DNA of 62,609 nt, filler included, from Stramenopiles sp. TOSAG23-2 (Eukaryota): the NCBI GenBank assembly GCA_900128395.1. It is 2 parts of 2 records of this genome, joined end to end, with 100 filler letters (N's around TTAATTAATTAA, not from the genome) between each part and the next. Parts side by side here need not be neighbours in the genome. Positions count along the whole stretch, not along the records: positions 1 to 31,285 come from LT649373.1; 1 more part is not named here. One strand, 5' to 3'. The notes below the pieces were generated by a model. The model was not told where the DNA came from and made no database searches. It was given only the letters and a program-made list of their open reading frames with translations. Position numbers and translations under genes: made by a program. Shown here in pieces: positions 11,708-22,835 of the stretch; the first letter of the stretch is position 1; the number at the start of each line of letters is the position of its first letter.

Positions 11708-12508
11708 ATGAACCTGATAGAACGTTTAAAAGCTTCATTACAAGTATTATGGACATGTGTTTTTTGCTACTCAACACTTTCATTATTAGGTTTAGGATTT
11801 ATTAATCTTGGTGCCAGTTGCGATAAGCCTTTGGCGGAGGTATTAATTGGCTATGGATTGTTATTTTTGTTTGGTTTAATTTTAGAAATTGCTGGAATGT
11901 TTCGAGCAGATGAAAGTAGGCCGATGCCATTGAAAATTGCGATGGGGAAGATGATATTTTTAGGATTATGCTTATTATGGACTTTAATTAGTAATATGTG
12001 GACATTTTCCAGCGTAGAATGTCGAGGAGCAAGAACTTGGAATCGTGTTGGATTACAAAAAGGAGCGATTGGCATTACAATATGGATGAATATCTTTTGT
12101 GCCATTGTTTTGGCATTTTTATTTTTTATTTTATATGGTACATGTGCTGGATTAGTTGGTTATGCGTATAGTGAAAAGGATAGACCAATGTATTTACCAT
12201 ATCTTGCCTCATATGATAGTTTTTGTGTTTATTTAGGTGGTTATCGTTCATCAGATGATGGTTTTGGTGTACAAGCTGGTGGTGTACTTAGTACGAATCA
12301 TAGAAAATATGGTGATGAAGAATATGCAACAAATGATGAACGTGCTGGATTTTTAAATACAGGGGATTCAAAAGCAGATCAAGAATTTGAACAAAAAATG
12401 GTACGGAATTATGTATCACAATATGATGATATGGTAAATCGCATGAATTCAGAAACTGAAGATGAATTTGATGATGAAATAAAATATGGGAGTGGAAGGA
12501 TTGTATGA
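11708..12508 (+). CDS. Hypothetical membrane protein (about 4 TM helices, acidic C-terminal tail)
   Basis: Four hydrophobic segments with 'CDKPL' and 'WTFSSVEC' loops. ATG at 11708. Confidence 0.7.
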   Translation: MNLIERLKASLQVLWTCVFCYSTLSLLGLGFINLGASCDKPLAEVLIGYGLLFLFGLILEIAGMFRADESRPMPLKIAMGKMIFLGLCLLWTLISNMWTFSSVECRGARTWNRVGLQKGAIGITIWMNIFCAIVLAFLFFILYGTCAGLVGYAYSEKDRPMYLPYLASYDSFCVYLGGYRSSDDGFGVQAGGVLSTNHRKYGDEEYATNDERAGFLNTGDSKADQEFEQKMVRNYVSQYDDMVNRMNSETEDEFDDEIKYGSGRIV

Positions 12509-12632
12509 GATATTTAAAAAATATATTTGTCTCGCTAGATATTATACATGTTTACAACCCAGCTCATGTATATACACATTTAATGGAACATTCATTCTCT
12601 TATATAAAATATTTAAAATATTATTATTTTTT

Positions 12633-14105
12633 TTACGAATTCCAAAATTTACATACATCTTCCCATGTCTCTCGTTCTTTTACTATGTTGAATTCTAAAA
12701 GTTCAACTTTTTCTTTGTCATCCATATCCTTGCTTTGTTGATATCGATATGAATAAACAGCTGGTGCTGGGATACTATTGTATCTACTGTGCATAGAATA
12801 TGTATATCCACCTGCATCATGAACAACTAACCAATCTCCTTCAAGTATCTTTGGCATTAAACGTTTTGTTGCAATCATATCTCCACTGAAACATAATGGT
12901 CCTGCTATATCATATAGTTCAAATTCATTTTTTTCTTTAATAATACGTTCATTTATTATTGTTGTTCTTCTTCTTCTGTTATTATTATTATTATCATCAC
13001 GAACAATTGCAGAGGAAAAAACACTGATACGATGTGCCCATTGTTTTGGTAAATATGCGGTACGTAAAAACATATCACTACCAACATGGCATGTTGCAAT
13101 ATTTCTTCCACTATTATTTTTAACATTATTCACATATGTTCCTATCCAACCACATTTTTGTATCATACTTCTTCCAAATTCAGTAAAAATTTCAAATCGA
13201 TTATCACTATTATTATTATCATTAAATTCAACAATACTTTCTTTCAATTTTTTTGCATATTCCAAATAGTGAATTTTTGCATCTTCATCAGAGTCATAAT
13301 TTATTCCTAATCCACCACCAAAATCAAGTATCGTTATTTGTTGCTGCCGATTACTTGTACTATCATGTCGTATTATATTATTAATTTCTACTGCTAAATT
13401 TGTAATGCATTTAACTCCATCTACTAACATATCCAAGGGACAGCCTTGACTTCCTACATGTACATGGAATCCGGTGATAAATTTGTATTTCTTACATTTT
13501 TCAATGATTTCATCCTTATTGTTTCCAATATAAACTCCAAATTTCGATGTTTTTGTTGCCGTGCTTGACGTAGAAATTTTGCCACTTCCTAATCCAGGGT
13601 TAATTCTCAGACCAACACGAGGTGCTAATACATCACTTTTTAATTTCGTTAAAACAGCAGCAACTCGTTCTATTTCATTTAAATTGTCACAGTTCATATA
13701 GATACGGTTTTTAATGCAAAATTCAATTTCTGAATTTGTCTTTGCTGGTGAATCAAATACAATTTTTTCTTTTTCAAAACCACATTGTATTGCATGCTTT
13801 ACCTCCACAATTGAAGCACATTCCGCACCAAGTTTTAATTTACATGCTTTCTTTAAGACTCCACCCAAAGGATTTGATTTGATGGCAAATGTATGCGTTG
13901 TTTTAGTTGTCTTTAATATAGAAAATGCCTCAAATAATTTGTTTGCATTTTCTTCAAAACGTGTGAAATTCATAAAATATGCTACTGGATTGATTTCTTT
14001 ATCTAATAAATTTTCTTTTGAGATTAATGCATGTTGTAGAGCTTTTTGTATGTGCGATGGGCATAGCGGTGGTATTACAGTACCATTTAAACTTAAACTT
14101 GCCAT
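12633..14105 (-). CDS. lysA: PLP-dependent group IV decarboxylase, most similar to diaminopimelate decarboxylase
   Basis: 'FAIKSNP' (PLP lysine), 'GAECASIVE', 'VFDSPAKT', 'GLRINP', 'SKFG', 'HVHVGSQ', 'LDFGGG', 'EFGR', 'IAGPLCFSGD', 'DAGGY'. Substrate is inferred. Confidence 0.8.
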   Translation of the reverse strand: MASLSLNGTVIPPLCPSHIQKALQHALISKENLLDKEINPVAYFMNFTRFEENANKLFEAFSILKTTKTTHTFAIKSNPLGGVLKKACKLKLGAECASIVEVKHAIQCGFEKEKIVFDSPAKTNSEIEFCIKNRIYMNCDNLNEIERVAAVLTKLKSDVLAPRVGLRINPGLGSGKISTSSTATKTSKFGVYIGNNKDEIIEKCKKYKFITGFHVHVGSQGCPLDMLVDGVKCITNLAVEINNIIRHDSTSNRQQQITILDFGGGLGINYDSDEDAKIHYLEYAKKLKESIVEFNDNNNSDNRFEIFTEFGRSMIQKCGWIGTYVNNVKNNSGRNIATCHVGSDMFLRTAYLPKQWAHRISVFSSAIVRDDNNNNNRRRRTTIINERIIKEKNEFELYDIAGPLCFSGDMIATKRLMPKILEGDWLVVHDAGGYTYSMHSRYNSIPAPAVYSYRYQQSKDMDDKEKVELLEFNIVKERETWEDVCKFWNS

Positions 14106-14409
14106 GGTTTGTCCGGGGTGGTCTTTTTTGTGTTGTTTTCATGTAGTCGCTATGGTGGTATATCTATCTTTCATATATAGATATATATTTATTTATATAT
14201 AATACATAAAATGATATATTACCTATAGTATACTGAGTATGTCACATAGTATCTTCTTATATTATAATTATTGGTTGTTTTGCCAATTGATGGACGTCTT
14301 TAAATTATAATTAGCAGGTAAATAGCACTATATAATTACCGATTACGACAAAAAAAAAGAAGAAAGCAAATAATATTAATATTATATTTACAGCTGGACA
14401 GCTCAAAGC

Positions 14410-15709
14410 TCAAAGTAACGTTTGTTGCAATTCCTCTCGAATAAGTAAATACAAAACAATGGTAAAGGCACTGAAACATCCAGTGCCAAAACGTAACAAT
14501 AAATCTCTTGTAAATTTAATGCCAAATACACGAGCAGCACTTAATTCATGACTATCCAACCATTCCTTGAACGATGCTCTAGATCCAAACATTTCTTTGA
14601 TACGATATTGTAACAATGGATCATTTAAAACCAAATTGCTCTCTTTCGTCCAAATTTTATTTTGTTTGGAGAAATTGTTTAGTGATGTCAAAAAGACAAA
14701 AAAAAGGAAACAAGAGAAAACTGTAAGTATTGCAATTTTCCAAGTATTGCTTCCATCCTGATTTGTCATTTGAAGTACAAAACTTAATATGATGAAACAA
14801 ACAGATAGAAAAAAAAGCGTTATTAAGCGCATGCCACGAAATAAAGCGAGTCGATAATTATTAAATTCAGACCCATCTTTTTCAAATTTTAAATGCGCTA
14901 TTGAAATATCTTCATGAAAAACATTATTAAATACTTTATTTCCATTTTCCAAATTCAATTGAGCTAACATTGCATCTCGAACCGTCTTCAGGTAGTCTTT
15001 TGTAATGCGTTCCGTAAATTGGTAATTCAAGGGGATAATCGAATCTATGAATCTTGGTCCACTTATGGAGCAAAATGTAAAATATTCAAATGTTAGATTG
15101 TGTTTTTTGAAGTTGTTAGAGGTGGATTACTTACAACCAACCACGAGTAATTCGCTTACTAATCAATTGTAAGATTCTAGTAGCAAACATCCCATATATC
15201 ATAATACTAGTATTCGTCCCAAATACATTAAGCATCGAACTTTTAGGGTTTGTTAAAGCAACGATTCCTGGTGCAATAAATAGAATTAGATTTAAAGGCA
15301 AAAAAATTAAGCAAAACACCCATGTTGATTGTTTTCTGTGTTTAATAGCAACACTATTAAGCTTATCAATATTTGCATAGAGAACTTTTTTTAAGGCAGG
15401 ATCTTTTCCAATATCAGGTTCTACTACCATAATAACTATATTCAATAACATTGAAAAAATGCCGATTGTAATTCCAACGCCTGCAGACTCCAATAACAAA
15501 CTCAGAAACATCATGGTGTCGTAAGCACCCATTACGTGTTCTATTGCCTTAAAAAATTTGTTTCGTGGTTGTTGATGTGCTAGCGCCATTTGAAGTGGTT
15601 TGGGCAGTGTCTTTTCGTCTACCATTTCATTTTTGTTATCATTATTATTATTTCCTTTTTCCGTTACATCTTGTTCAAATGTATATTTTGTAATTTTATT
15701 TTCCTCCAT
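14410..15709 (-). CDS. Two-exon multipass membrane protein (408 aa), candidate 7TMIC/GRL (odorant/gustatory receptor-like) channel; exons 15709-15135 and 15061-14410
   Basis: A 73-nt intron at 15134-15062 (GTAAGT...CTAAC...ATAAG) joins two track ORFs in frame (..RGW-F-GPRFIDSIIPLNYQF..), giving 1227 nt. C-terminus 'WLDSHELSAARVFGIKFTRDLLLRF...LYLLI'. Confidence 0.7.
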
Positions 15710-16183
15710 ATTAATTTATAATTTTTTGTCCACCAATACTATTAATTACACTTAATTTCTAACCTTGTACATACGATATTTTCACTATTCTTTCTTTTTT
15801 TCTTTATATATATGCATCTTCTGCATAGCTATACATATATGTCTGTTGTATAAATTTATTATGTCTCTCTGTGCAACCTCTGTTTTAGTTTGTTTTCGGG
15901 TTTTTACCCATGTTTTGGTATAATATAAAATGGTTTTAGGTGCATGGATTTGATAGGAAAATATACCGGTAATTGTACTAGTATTATATTAAATTGATTA
16001 TGTACCTGGTGTAATACTAAAAAAGTTTAATAAATAATCATAAATATATAAAACATGTGTGTTGATGAATGTATTTAATGAAGAAAATAATATATAAATG
16101 TAATATGGTATTTAATCGTTTATAAGATAATACAAAGACTTCTTATAGTAAAAGAGAATATAAACCTAGATATATATATATAT

Positions 16184-17053
16184 ATGCATATGCCAACGAT
16201 GTCATCTATTGTAAAAGAAGAAACAATACAAGAGAACAATGAAATAGATTGTAAAAATGTAATGGTCAATAATACGAATAATAATAATGAAATATTACCA
16301 TCTAATATAAATAATACTAATGATGAAAGCAATAATAATACTAATAATACGAAGAAGAAGAAAAAATACAAAGGGAAACCAAAATGGTATAACAAGCGGC
16401 AGGGAAAAGGACGCTGTTCGAAAGCGCAAAAATTAGCTTATAAAGAAATATTTCCAGAAATATCAATACAAAAAAAATATGGAGAAGTAATAGACTTTGA
16501 AGATGAATTTCATAATCCAAATAATAATCATACATGTATTCTTGATATTGGCTTTGGGATGGGTGATTCATTGATAAATATTGGCAAATTGAATAAAGAT
16601 AAAAATATCTTAGGGTGTGAAATACATCGTCCAGGATTAGCAAATGCGTGTTTAAAAGTACGAGAATTTAACTTGACAAATGTAAAATTATATGGTGGAG
16701 ATGCGTATAAATTATTAACAAGACATATTGCTGAAGAAGCAAAAGTTTTTGCTCAGATTTGTATTTTTTTCCCTGATCCATGGAAGCAGGATGTAGATCG
16801 ACGTATTGTACGAGATGAAACCATTGAAATTATAAATAAACATATGATTGCAGGAGGTGATTTATATATTGCAACTGATATTGCAGATTATGTCACATAT
16901 ATTGAGGCAACTATGGAGAAATTTATAGCAAACAATACATTTAAAGGTGGTCGTTGTGAACGTGTTGATTTTCGCCCAATCACAAAATATGAACAAATTG
17001 CTATGGATGAAGGGAGGGAGGTTGTTGATTTCCATTATGTAAAACTAATATAA
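16184..17053 (+). CDS. trmB: tRNA (guanine-N7)-methyltransferase, bacterial TrmB-like
   Basis: 'LDIGFGMG', 'GCEIHRPG', 'FFPDPW', 'LYIATD', 'RP.TKYE'; Asn/Lys-rich N-terminal extension. Confidence 0.88.
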   Translation: MHMPTMSSIVKEETIQENNEIDCKNVMVNNTNNNNEILPSNINNTNDESNNNTNNTKKKKKYKGKPKWYNKRQGKGRCSKAQKLAYKEIFPEISIQKKYGEVIDFEDEFHNPNNNHTCILDIGFGMGDSLINIGKLNKDKNILGCEIHRPGLANACLKVREFNLTNVKLYGGDAYKLLTRHIAEEAKVFAQICIFFPDPWKQDVDRRIVRDETIEIINKHMIAGGDLYIATDIADYVTYIEATMEKFIANNTFKGGRCERVDFRPITKYEQIAMDEGREVVDFHYVKLI

Positions 17054-17104
17054 TGAAATAAAAGCACGATTTTATCAGTGTCGTTTAATCATATATATGT
17101 ATAT

Positions 17105-17301
17105 TGGTTAAAATCTAAGTTATAATATTTTTACACTTCTCGTGTTAAAGTAATATGCTCAATACTCAATCGCAAGAATAATATGTTATCCTACTATAGT
17201 AAAGCTCTAATGCACCTCTGCAAACTAATACTCTACAAGCACAAGTAGGTTTCTATCCTTCCAACATGTTCGAACGTTGAACGCGCTGGACGTCGGGTTC
17301 A
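17105..17301 (-). repeat. Full-length (197 bp) copy of the interspersed repeat family
   Basis: Its reverse complement (tgaacccgacgtccag...gtttgcagaggtgcattagagcttt...gattgagtattgagc...acttagattttaacca) aligns end to end with 56303-56535. Confidence 0.9.
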
Positions 17302-17419
17302 CTCGATAGCGGTGAGGCTGTCAAAGTGAAAGATCGTTTAATCATTATACATCATTTGTATTATTTTTTCATATATCTTGTTGATCTAGATAAACTATCA
17401 TATACCGGGTAATTTATTT

Positions 17420-18667
17420 TTAAAAACTTCCAGTCATCCTACCCAAAACAATACCTGCTGAAACTACAATCGATGTCAAGGCAGCAACTATTTTACCAGG
17501 CAAATAACGATCAATGGAAACACCAAATAAATAAAAGGTAATATTACTTTTTTCCATCCATAAATGTAATAATTCATATTTGCCATCAAATTTATTTGTT
17601 GCAAGGCATAATATGGATGGATCTTTGCATATGGTGTCCGTAAAATCATGCCAAATGTTATTGGGTACTGCAAGTTGTTGAAAGCTGCTACCAAGAATTA
17701 TTACAGAATTCAATATGGCAGAAATGTACATAACTGTTCGTATAACTATTGCACCTGTTGTTGCAGAACGAACAGGATCTAAAGGTCCAAACAGTAAATA
17801 AAAAACTTGTGCAACAAATATTAGCGGCATCGTACTCATACCTCCAATTTGCGCACTCTGTAATCTTAACTCCTTGTGAATGATTTTTAGTGACTTATTG
17901 TACACCTGGCTTAGTTTTTTTCTCGCTTCGATTCCATTTAAATTTTCATCTTTTACGATGCTAAGCAATGTATTACAAGAAAGCTTAATACGAGAGATAA
18001 TTTCATTTTGATGTTGCAAAACAATTTCTTGATAGGAACCCATAATTGCCATTGAAAATAGAGGAATTGGAGTAAAATAAATAGCAATGTTCAACGAAAT
18101 TGATAGACCTAATGGTAAATCATTTGTTTGCATATATTGATATATAATCGTAAAGGTTGGCAATCCCCATACGACCACCATGAAGATTGATTGAAATACA
18201 ATTGAAAAACATAAGCTATTTGTCAATTTCTTTCGGACTTCTTCCCGTGATATTATTGCTCCTGTATAAGACGATTTAAATATATGAATTTCTGAACTAC
18301 ATGTAGGTAATATAAGCGGCATCATTGAAAAACTTAGAACAAAACTTCCGATAGGATCAGCCCCAGCCAAATAAATTAATACACCCCAAAAGTTACACAT
18401 AAAAGCCATCGCAATGATCCAATACATCCAGTATTTTATTGCTACTATTTTGCCATGTTTTCCAAACGAATACATTCCACCTATATGTTTCATGAATTTA
18501 GCAATAAAAGGTGGATATATTTCTTCAACTAAATATGTTTTATCATCTCCATCCACTATTAAATTATGATTGATATTGTTAATATCAAGGTCTTGACTAG
18601 TATTTGCACCATCATCTTGTATTTGATACGAATTTGTAATTGTTGTTTCCATATTTTCTACTTTCAT
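17420..18667 (-). CDS. Multipass membrane protein (415 aa), candidate 7TMIC/GRL channel; paralog of 14410-15709
   Basis: About 7 hydrophobic segments, a long amphipathic linker between TM4 and TM5, and C-terminal 'WMEKSNITFYLFGVSIDRYLPGKIVAALTSIVV'. Confidence 0.72.
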   Translation of the reverse strand: MKVENMETTITNSYQIQDDGANTSQDLDINNINHNLIVDGDDKTYLVEEIYPPFIAKFMKHIGGMYSFGKHGKIVAIKYWMYWIIAMAFMCNFWGVLIYLAGADPIGSFVLSFSMMPLILPTCSSEIHIFKSSYTGAIISREEVRKKLTNSLCFSIVFQSIFMVVVWGLPTFTIIYQYMQTNDLPLGLSISLNIAIYFTPIPLFSMAIMGSYQEIVLQHQNEIISRIKLSCNTLLSIVKDENLNGIEARKKLSQVYNKSLKIIHKELRLQSAQIGGMSTMPLIFVAQVFYLLFGPLDPVRSATTGAIVIRTVMYISAILNSVIILGSSFQQLAVPNNIWHDFTDTICKDPSILCLATNKFDGKYELLHLWMEKSNITFYLFGVSIDRYLPGKIVAALTSIVVSAGIVLGRMTGSF

Positions 18668-19590
18668 TCTATTTTATATATTTAATTATACTTACCAAAA
18701 TTGTTAATCGTATTACTAATGGGATTGTCTATATGTCCACGCAGATTATCACGTACTTTCACTTTTTGTTCTTCTTCTTGTATATGTATTAATAAATAAT
18801 AATAACGTCTATAATATGATGGAATAAAATGAAATAGGTGCCAATATAGATGCCGCTGGAATTTATCAGATTTTTAATGCTCTATCTATGCTATTTAATT
18901 CTGTGTCCATCCTAAATTTCAGGTAGGTAAAAGCTTTAATTAACTTTACTCACTAGTCTTTTTTCCTGTCAAAATGTTGTTAAGTGGGGTTTTCTGGATT
19001 TGAATAAAATCCAGAAACAGCGCAACAGCGCTCTAAATATATCGAGCCCAAATTATTGTATGATAAGGATGTTGTTGGTTTTCTTTCTTGTTTTGTTATT
19101 GTAGTTGTTTTTCAATGTAAGTACTTATATCATACTTCTTCTGCTGCTTCAAATTCATAATTTATCAACCCCCAGCATGATTGACCCTAAGTTGTGTGCT
19201 GTTGCTTTTTCCCCCATGTTGCAAACACCAGTGGTAGAGCCACAACTGAACTTTACAAACGCTAACCTATGCCACGTCTCTCCAACTTCATCCTCACTGC
19301 AACCACCATTACCACTACCCCTACAACTACCACTCCCACTTCTTTTTATTCATCAATGATTTCACAGAACAAGGGTGTATTTTCCTCCCCCTCATCCCCG
19401 CATACTTCCCTGAACGCATAAATCATTCTGTCAGCCATATGCAAATTAATACTAGCAGCAATATTTGATTTCATTTGTAGAATGTCATGCAATATTAATC
19501 CAATTCCTACTCCATTCATCAAGGCAGCGGAAATGGGAAATATGAAACATGTATGTATATTCATGACTGGGGAATGACTTTGATATTGAT

Positions 19591-19863
19591 TTGTACAGTA
19601 GAAATGGTCGAGGTTTTTCTGGCTATACTGCATTGTTATCATGTGTTCAACATGGAAATTATGACATGGTTTATTTTTTACTTCAGAACGGAGCCAACCC
19701 AATGCTACACTTAACAGGTGAAATGAATTCAAAAAACAATGCACTTCATATGGCCATAATGCATTATGACGGGGATGTAAGAATCATTGACATCATATTG
19801 GATTATATTGGCAGATATCCATATTTAATCGTTACGGTAAACAAGTTACACCCTTGGACATGA
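19591..19863 (+). pseudogene. Ankyrin-repeat gene fragment
   Basis: 'GYTALLSCVQHGNYDMVYFLLQNGANP' and 'NNALHMAI...IIDIILDY'; no ATG before the first repeat, embedded among other fragments. Confidence 0.55.
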
Positions 19864-20021
19864 TGTTGAATCATCCTATGTTACATTTATTTGGCAACTT
19901 GATCGGAAGGGTAATTACAAAGTTTGTAAAAAAAAATATAAAATTTTTATGATATTACGCTTCATATAATATATACAGTGTGTAATAAAAAAGTAATCAT
20001 AATAATAATCATAAGAATGCA

Positions 20022-20447
20022 ATGACAAGTAATGATAATAATAACAATATGGTGGTAGATTCTGTGAAAGAAGAAGAAGAAGTACAAATGCCTGAATTGG
20101 TAGATGAAGAAACGACGAATGATATCAACGTAAACTTAGATTTTCATAGGTATATGAAAGAAGTCTTAAAGCACTTGAAAATACTTATTGGCATTAATAT
20201 TAGCGTCACGGAGGAAGAGTTTGTTATCTTTTTGAATGGTCTTAATGAAATTCGTGCAGAACTCGATGTTGAGGAAAATAATTTTTTGTACAAAAATGTT
20301 ATTGAAGATTTTTTAACACAATTTGCTCCAAAGAGTAAGACACGAGCTGAAATTCATACCTGTTGCGGTAAACATATTGAGAGATATTTTTTTCGTAAAA
20401 TATGGTTGTTCCACTCCAAACGGTATCAAAAAAAGTTATTAATGTAA
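20022..20447 (+). CDS. Hypothetical protein (141 aa) with weak histone H2B-like pattern
   Basis: ATG-initiated ORF with coding-like composition; see findings for the motif comparison. Confidence 0.5.
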   Translation: MTSNDNNNNMVVDSVKEEEEVQMPELVDEETTNDINVNLDFHRYMKEVLKHLKILIGINISVTEEEFVIFLNGLNEIRAELDVEENNFLYKNVIEDFLTQFAPKSKTRAEIHTCCGKHIERYFFRKIWLFHSKRYQKKLLM

Positions 20448-20835
20448 CAAACAGTAACTGAAGTGAATGTGTATGCAATGACTTAAGCATCACATGTGTT
20501 CAATAATCGTTATATAGTACAACTCTTCTTATGTTAGGGTAACAAGTAGGTTAATTATTATATTACAAAGGAGATAGCATTAGCTACTACCTCACAAATC
20601 ACCTCACATGAAATTTTGGATCTTCTACTGAAATTAGTATGTAAATAGTATTGAGTTTTAGTTGGAAGTCCAACGCACCTACAATAGCATGCCAATAGCA
20701 TTACGATACAAATATATATATATATCAATCGAATGAATATAGATTTATACAATATAATATCGTTTACGTAGACAGATATCGATCTGAGATAATAAATAAA
20801 TAAAAATTTAATTATTTACGAACGCGCTTCGTATA

Positions 20836-22140
20836 TTATTTCTTTCGTACTGCTGATTGTTGATTATCATTACTACTAACTTTCGATTCACTTTCATTAT
20901 TACTGCTACGATCTTTGCTACTTTTCTTGCTTTTGCTTTTCTTTTTTCTGGCAGCTCTACCTTCACGATTGGACTCGGCTTCAATACGTGCCCTTCTTTC
21001 CGCCTCACGTTTGTACTGTGCCAACTTTTCATCCATCTCCGCCCGCCCTGAATCAATTTTTTCTTCTTTGAAATTCTCTGAATCATTTGTATACGTTAAC
21101 ACATCATCCATTTCTTCCTCATACATATCTTTCGGGAATATACTATCTGATTGAACGGAGTCTTTCCATTTATTAATGACCATGGAGCTATTGTCGTTCT
21201 GTTTCATACCTTGTGGCATGACCATTTTCTTCAAATTATCATATGATGCATTGATGACTAAAGGTTTCGATGGATCGGTTTGATTTCTTTTTGCTGCATT
21301 GAACGTAGGTGGATGGTTAAAACATGTGTAACTCATAAATTTTTGAAACATTTGTTTCAACGCACTATGTTTACGTGAGGTACAATATACGGAGTAACCT
21401 TTAACATGTGCAATGTAACGTATTGCACTCAATAAAACTTTACGTTTTGCTGGATCCTCATTTGCAAATACATCGTATTTTGTACATACAATTGTAATGG
21501 GTACAGGGGATGGATCAACTATACTACTATCTGGATGTGATTTGTATTTTGAATCAATCCTTTTTTTTATATCTTGTAATATTTTTTTCCCTCTTCTTGA
21601 ACGTTCTAACTGTCCCATACACTCATCAATTCGTTTATTGATGATTTCCATCCATGTTTTTAAACTATCGAAACATTTGGATGGCTTCGATAAATCTATA
21701 CATATGACAACATGAAAATTAAGAAATCGTTCCAATGTCATTGGTACTTTAATTAAATCCGCTAATTTCTTACCACCTCCTAATTCCCATATATGTGCAA
21801 TATCCTTTTGTGAACTATTATTACTACTGCTTCTACGTCCATAGGTATAGTCCATTGCAACCGTTGGTTTTGGTGTATCATCTTTACTTGGTTGTAAAAA
21901 GTAATTTTGCGCAGTAGTTTTACCGCATTGTTTATCACCGACAAATAATATAAAGGTCTGGCGCCCAGGTTCAGGTACAGTATATTTCTTTGGTTGCTCA
22001 CCAGTCGTAACCGTTGTCGTCGTTCCATCTTCATTAACTACTTCCTTCGTTATAACTTCTTTATTTTTACCTTTTGCAGCATCAACATTTTCCTCTGCTA
22101 ATAAGGATAATAAATCTTGTACATCGTCATTTTTCGACAT
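20836..22140 (-). CDS. DYNC2LI1: Cytoplasmic dynein 2 light intermediate chain (retrograde intraflagellar transport)
   Basis: P-loop 'FVGDKQCGKTT', 'PKPTVAMDYTYGRR', 'KDIAHIWELGGG', 'DLSKP', 'P.P..IVCTKYD.F'. Confidence 0.9.
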   Translation of the reverse strand: MSKNDDVQDLLSLLAEENVDAAKGKNKEVITKEVVNEDGTTTTVTTGEQPKKYTVPEPGRQTFILFVGDKQCGKTTAQNYFLQPSKDDTPKPTVAMDYTYGRRSSSNNSSQKDIAHIWELGGGKKLADLIKVPMTLERFLNFHVVICIDLSKPSKCFDSLKTWMEIINKRIDECMGQLERSRRGKKILQDIKKRIDSKYKSHPDSSIVDPSPVPITIVCTKYDVFANEDPAKRKVLLSAIRYIAHVKGYSVYCTSRKHSALKQMFQKFMSYTCFNHPPTFNAAKRNQTDPSKPLVINASYDNLKKMVMPQGMKQNDNSSMVINKWKDSVQSDSIFPKDMYEEEMDDVLTYTNDSENFKEEKIDSGRAEMDEKLAQYKREAERRARIEAESNREGRAARKKKSKSKKSSKDRSSNNESESKVSSNDNQQSAVRKK

Positions 22141-22835
22141 TATTCTTGCTGTATGTTGTTTTAGTATGTGTATACGTATTTAATTAACATAGAAAAAAAA
22201 TAAATGTACATGTACATATATCTATAAATATAAATATATATATATATATATATCAATACGTCACCACACTATCGATATACCTTTTCTTTTCACTGTCTAT
22301 TATTTGCATTTATCTAGATGTATTTGATTTTTGAAATCTGGAAATGCCAGAATGCTTGTGGCACCTTGCACCAAGAACGAAAAGAACAAGTAGCTAGTAG
22401 GCACATAGCATTACCTCGTCCTGCATGGATACAGCAGGTATTATCATCATCAACAGACGACTTCAAAATGGTCAGCATCACACAGCAGATGACACAGCAG
22501 CACATCGGCCAATTTTCCTCTCTTTACCTATCATTTTTACTTGAAAGGGACGAAGACTACTAGCTCAAATGAAAAATCGTTATACGTGCCGCGCTGGAAA
22601 GGCTGGAAAGCCAAATACGTTGACCGTTGTTTTTTGTTTGTTTGCATCAAAAACTACTACATTTACAGTTGGTAAACAACAAAAAACATCGTAGATCGTA
22701 GATGTAGATATACACACACATCGTTTCGGAAGAGATCTATATAACAATAGTATCCAGATATACACATCGTTTCGGAAGTAACAATAGTATCCAAATATAA
22801 TATCATCATCATCACCACACACAACATATTACAAC

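Noticed and set aside
17285-17310. 'gggttcactc' as a tRNA T-loop or Pol III B-box
   Set aside because: No cloverleaf or A-box found; no tRNA or rRNA gene can be supported in the window.
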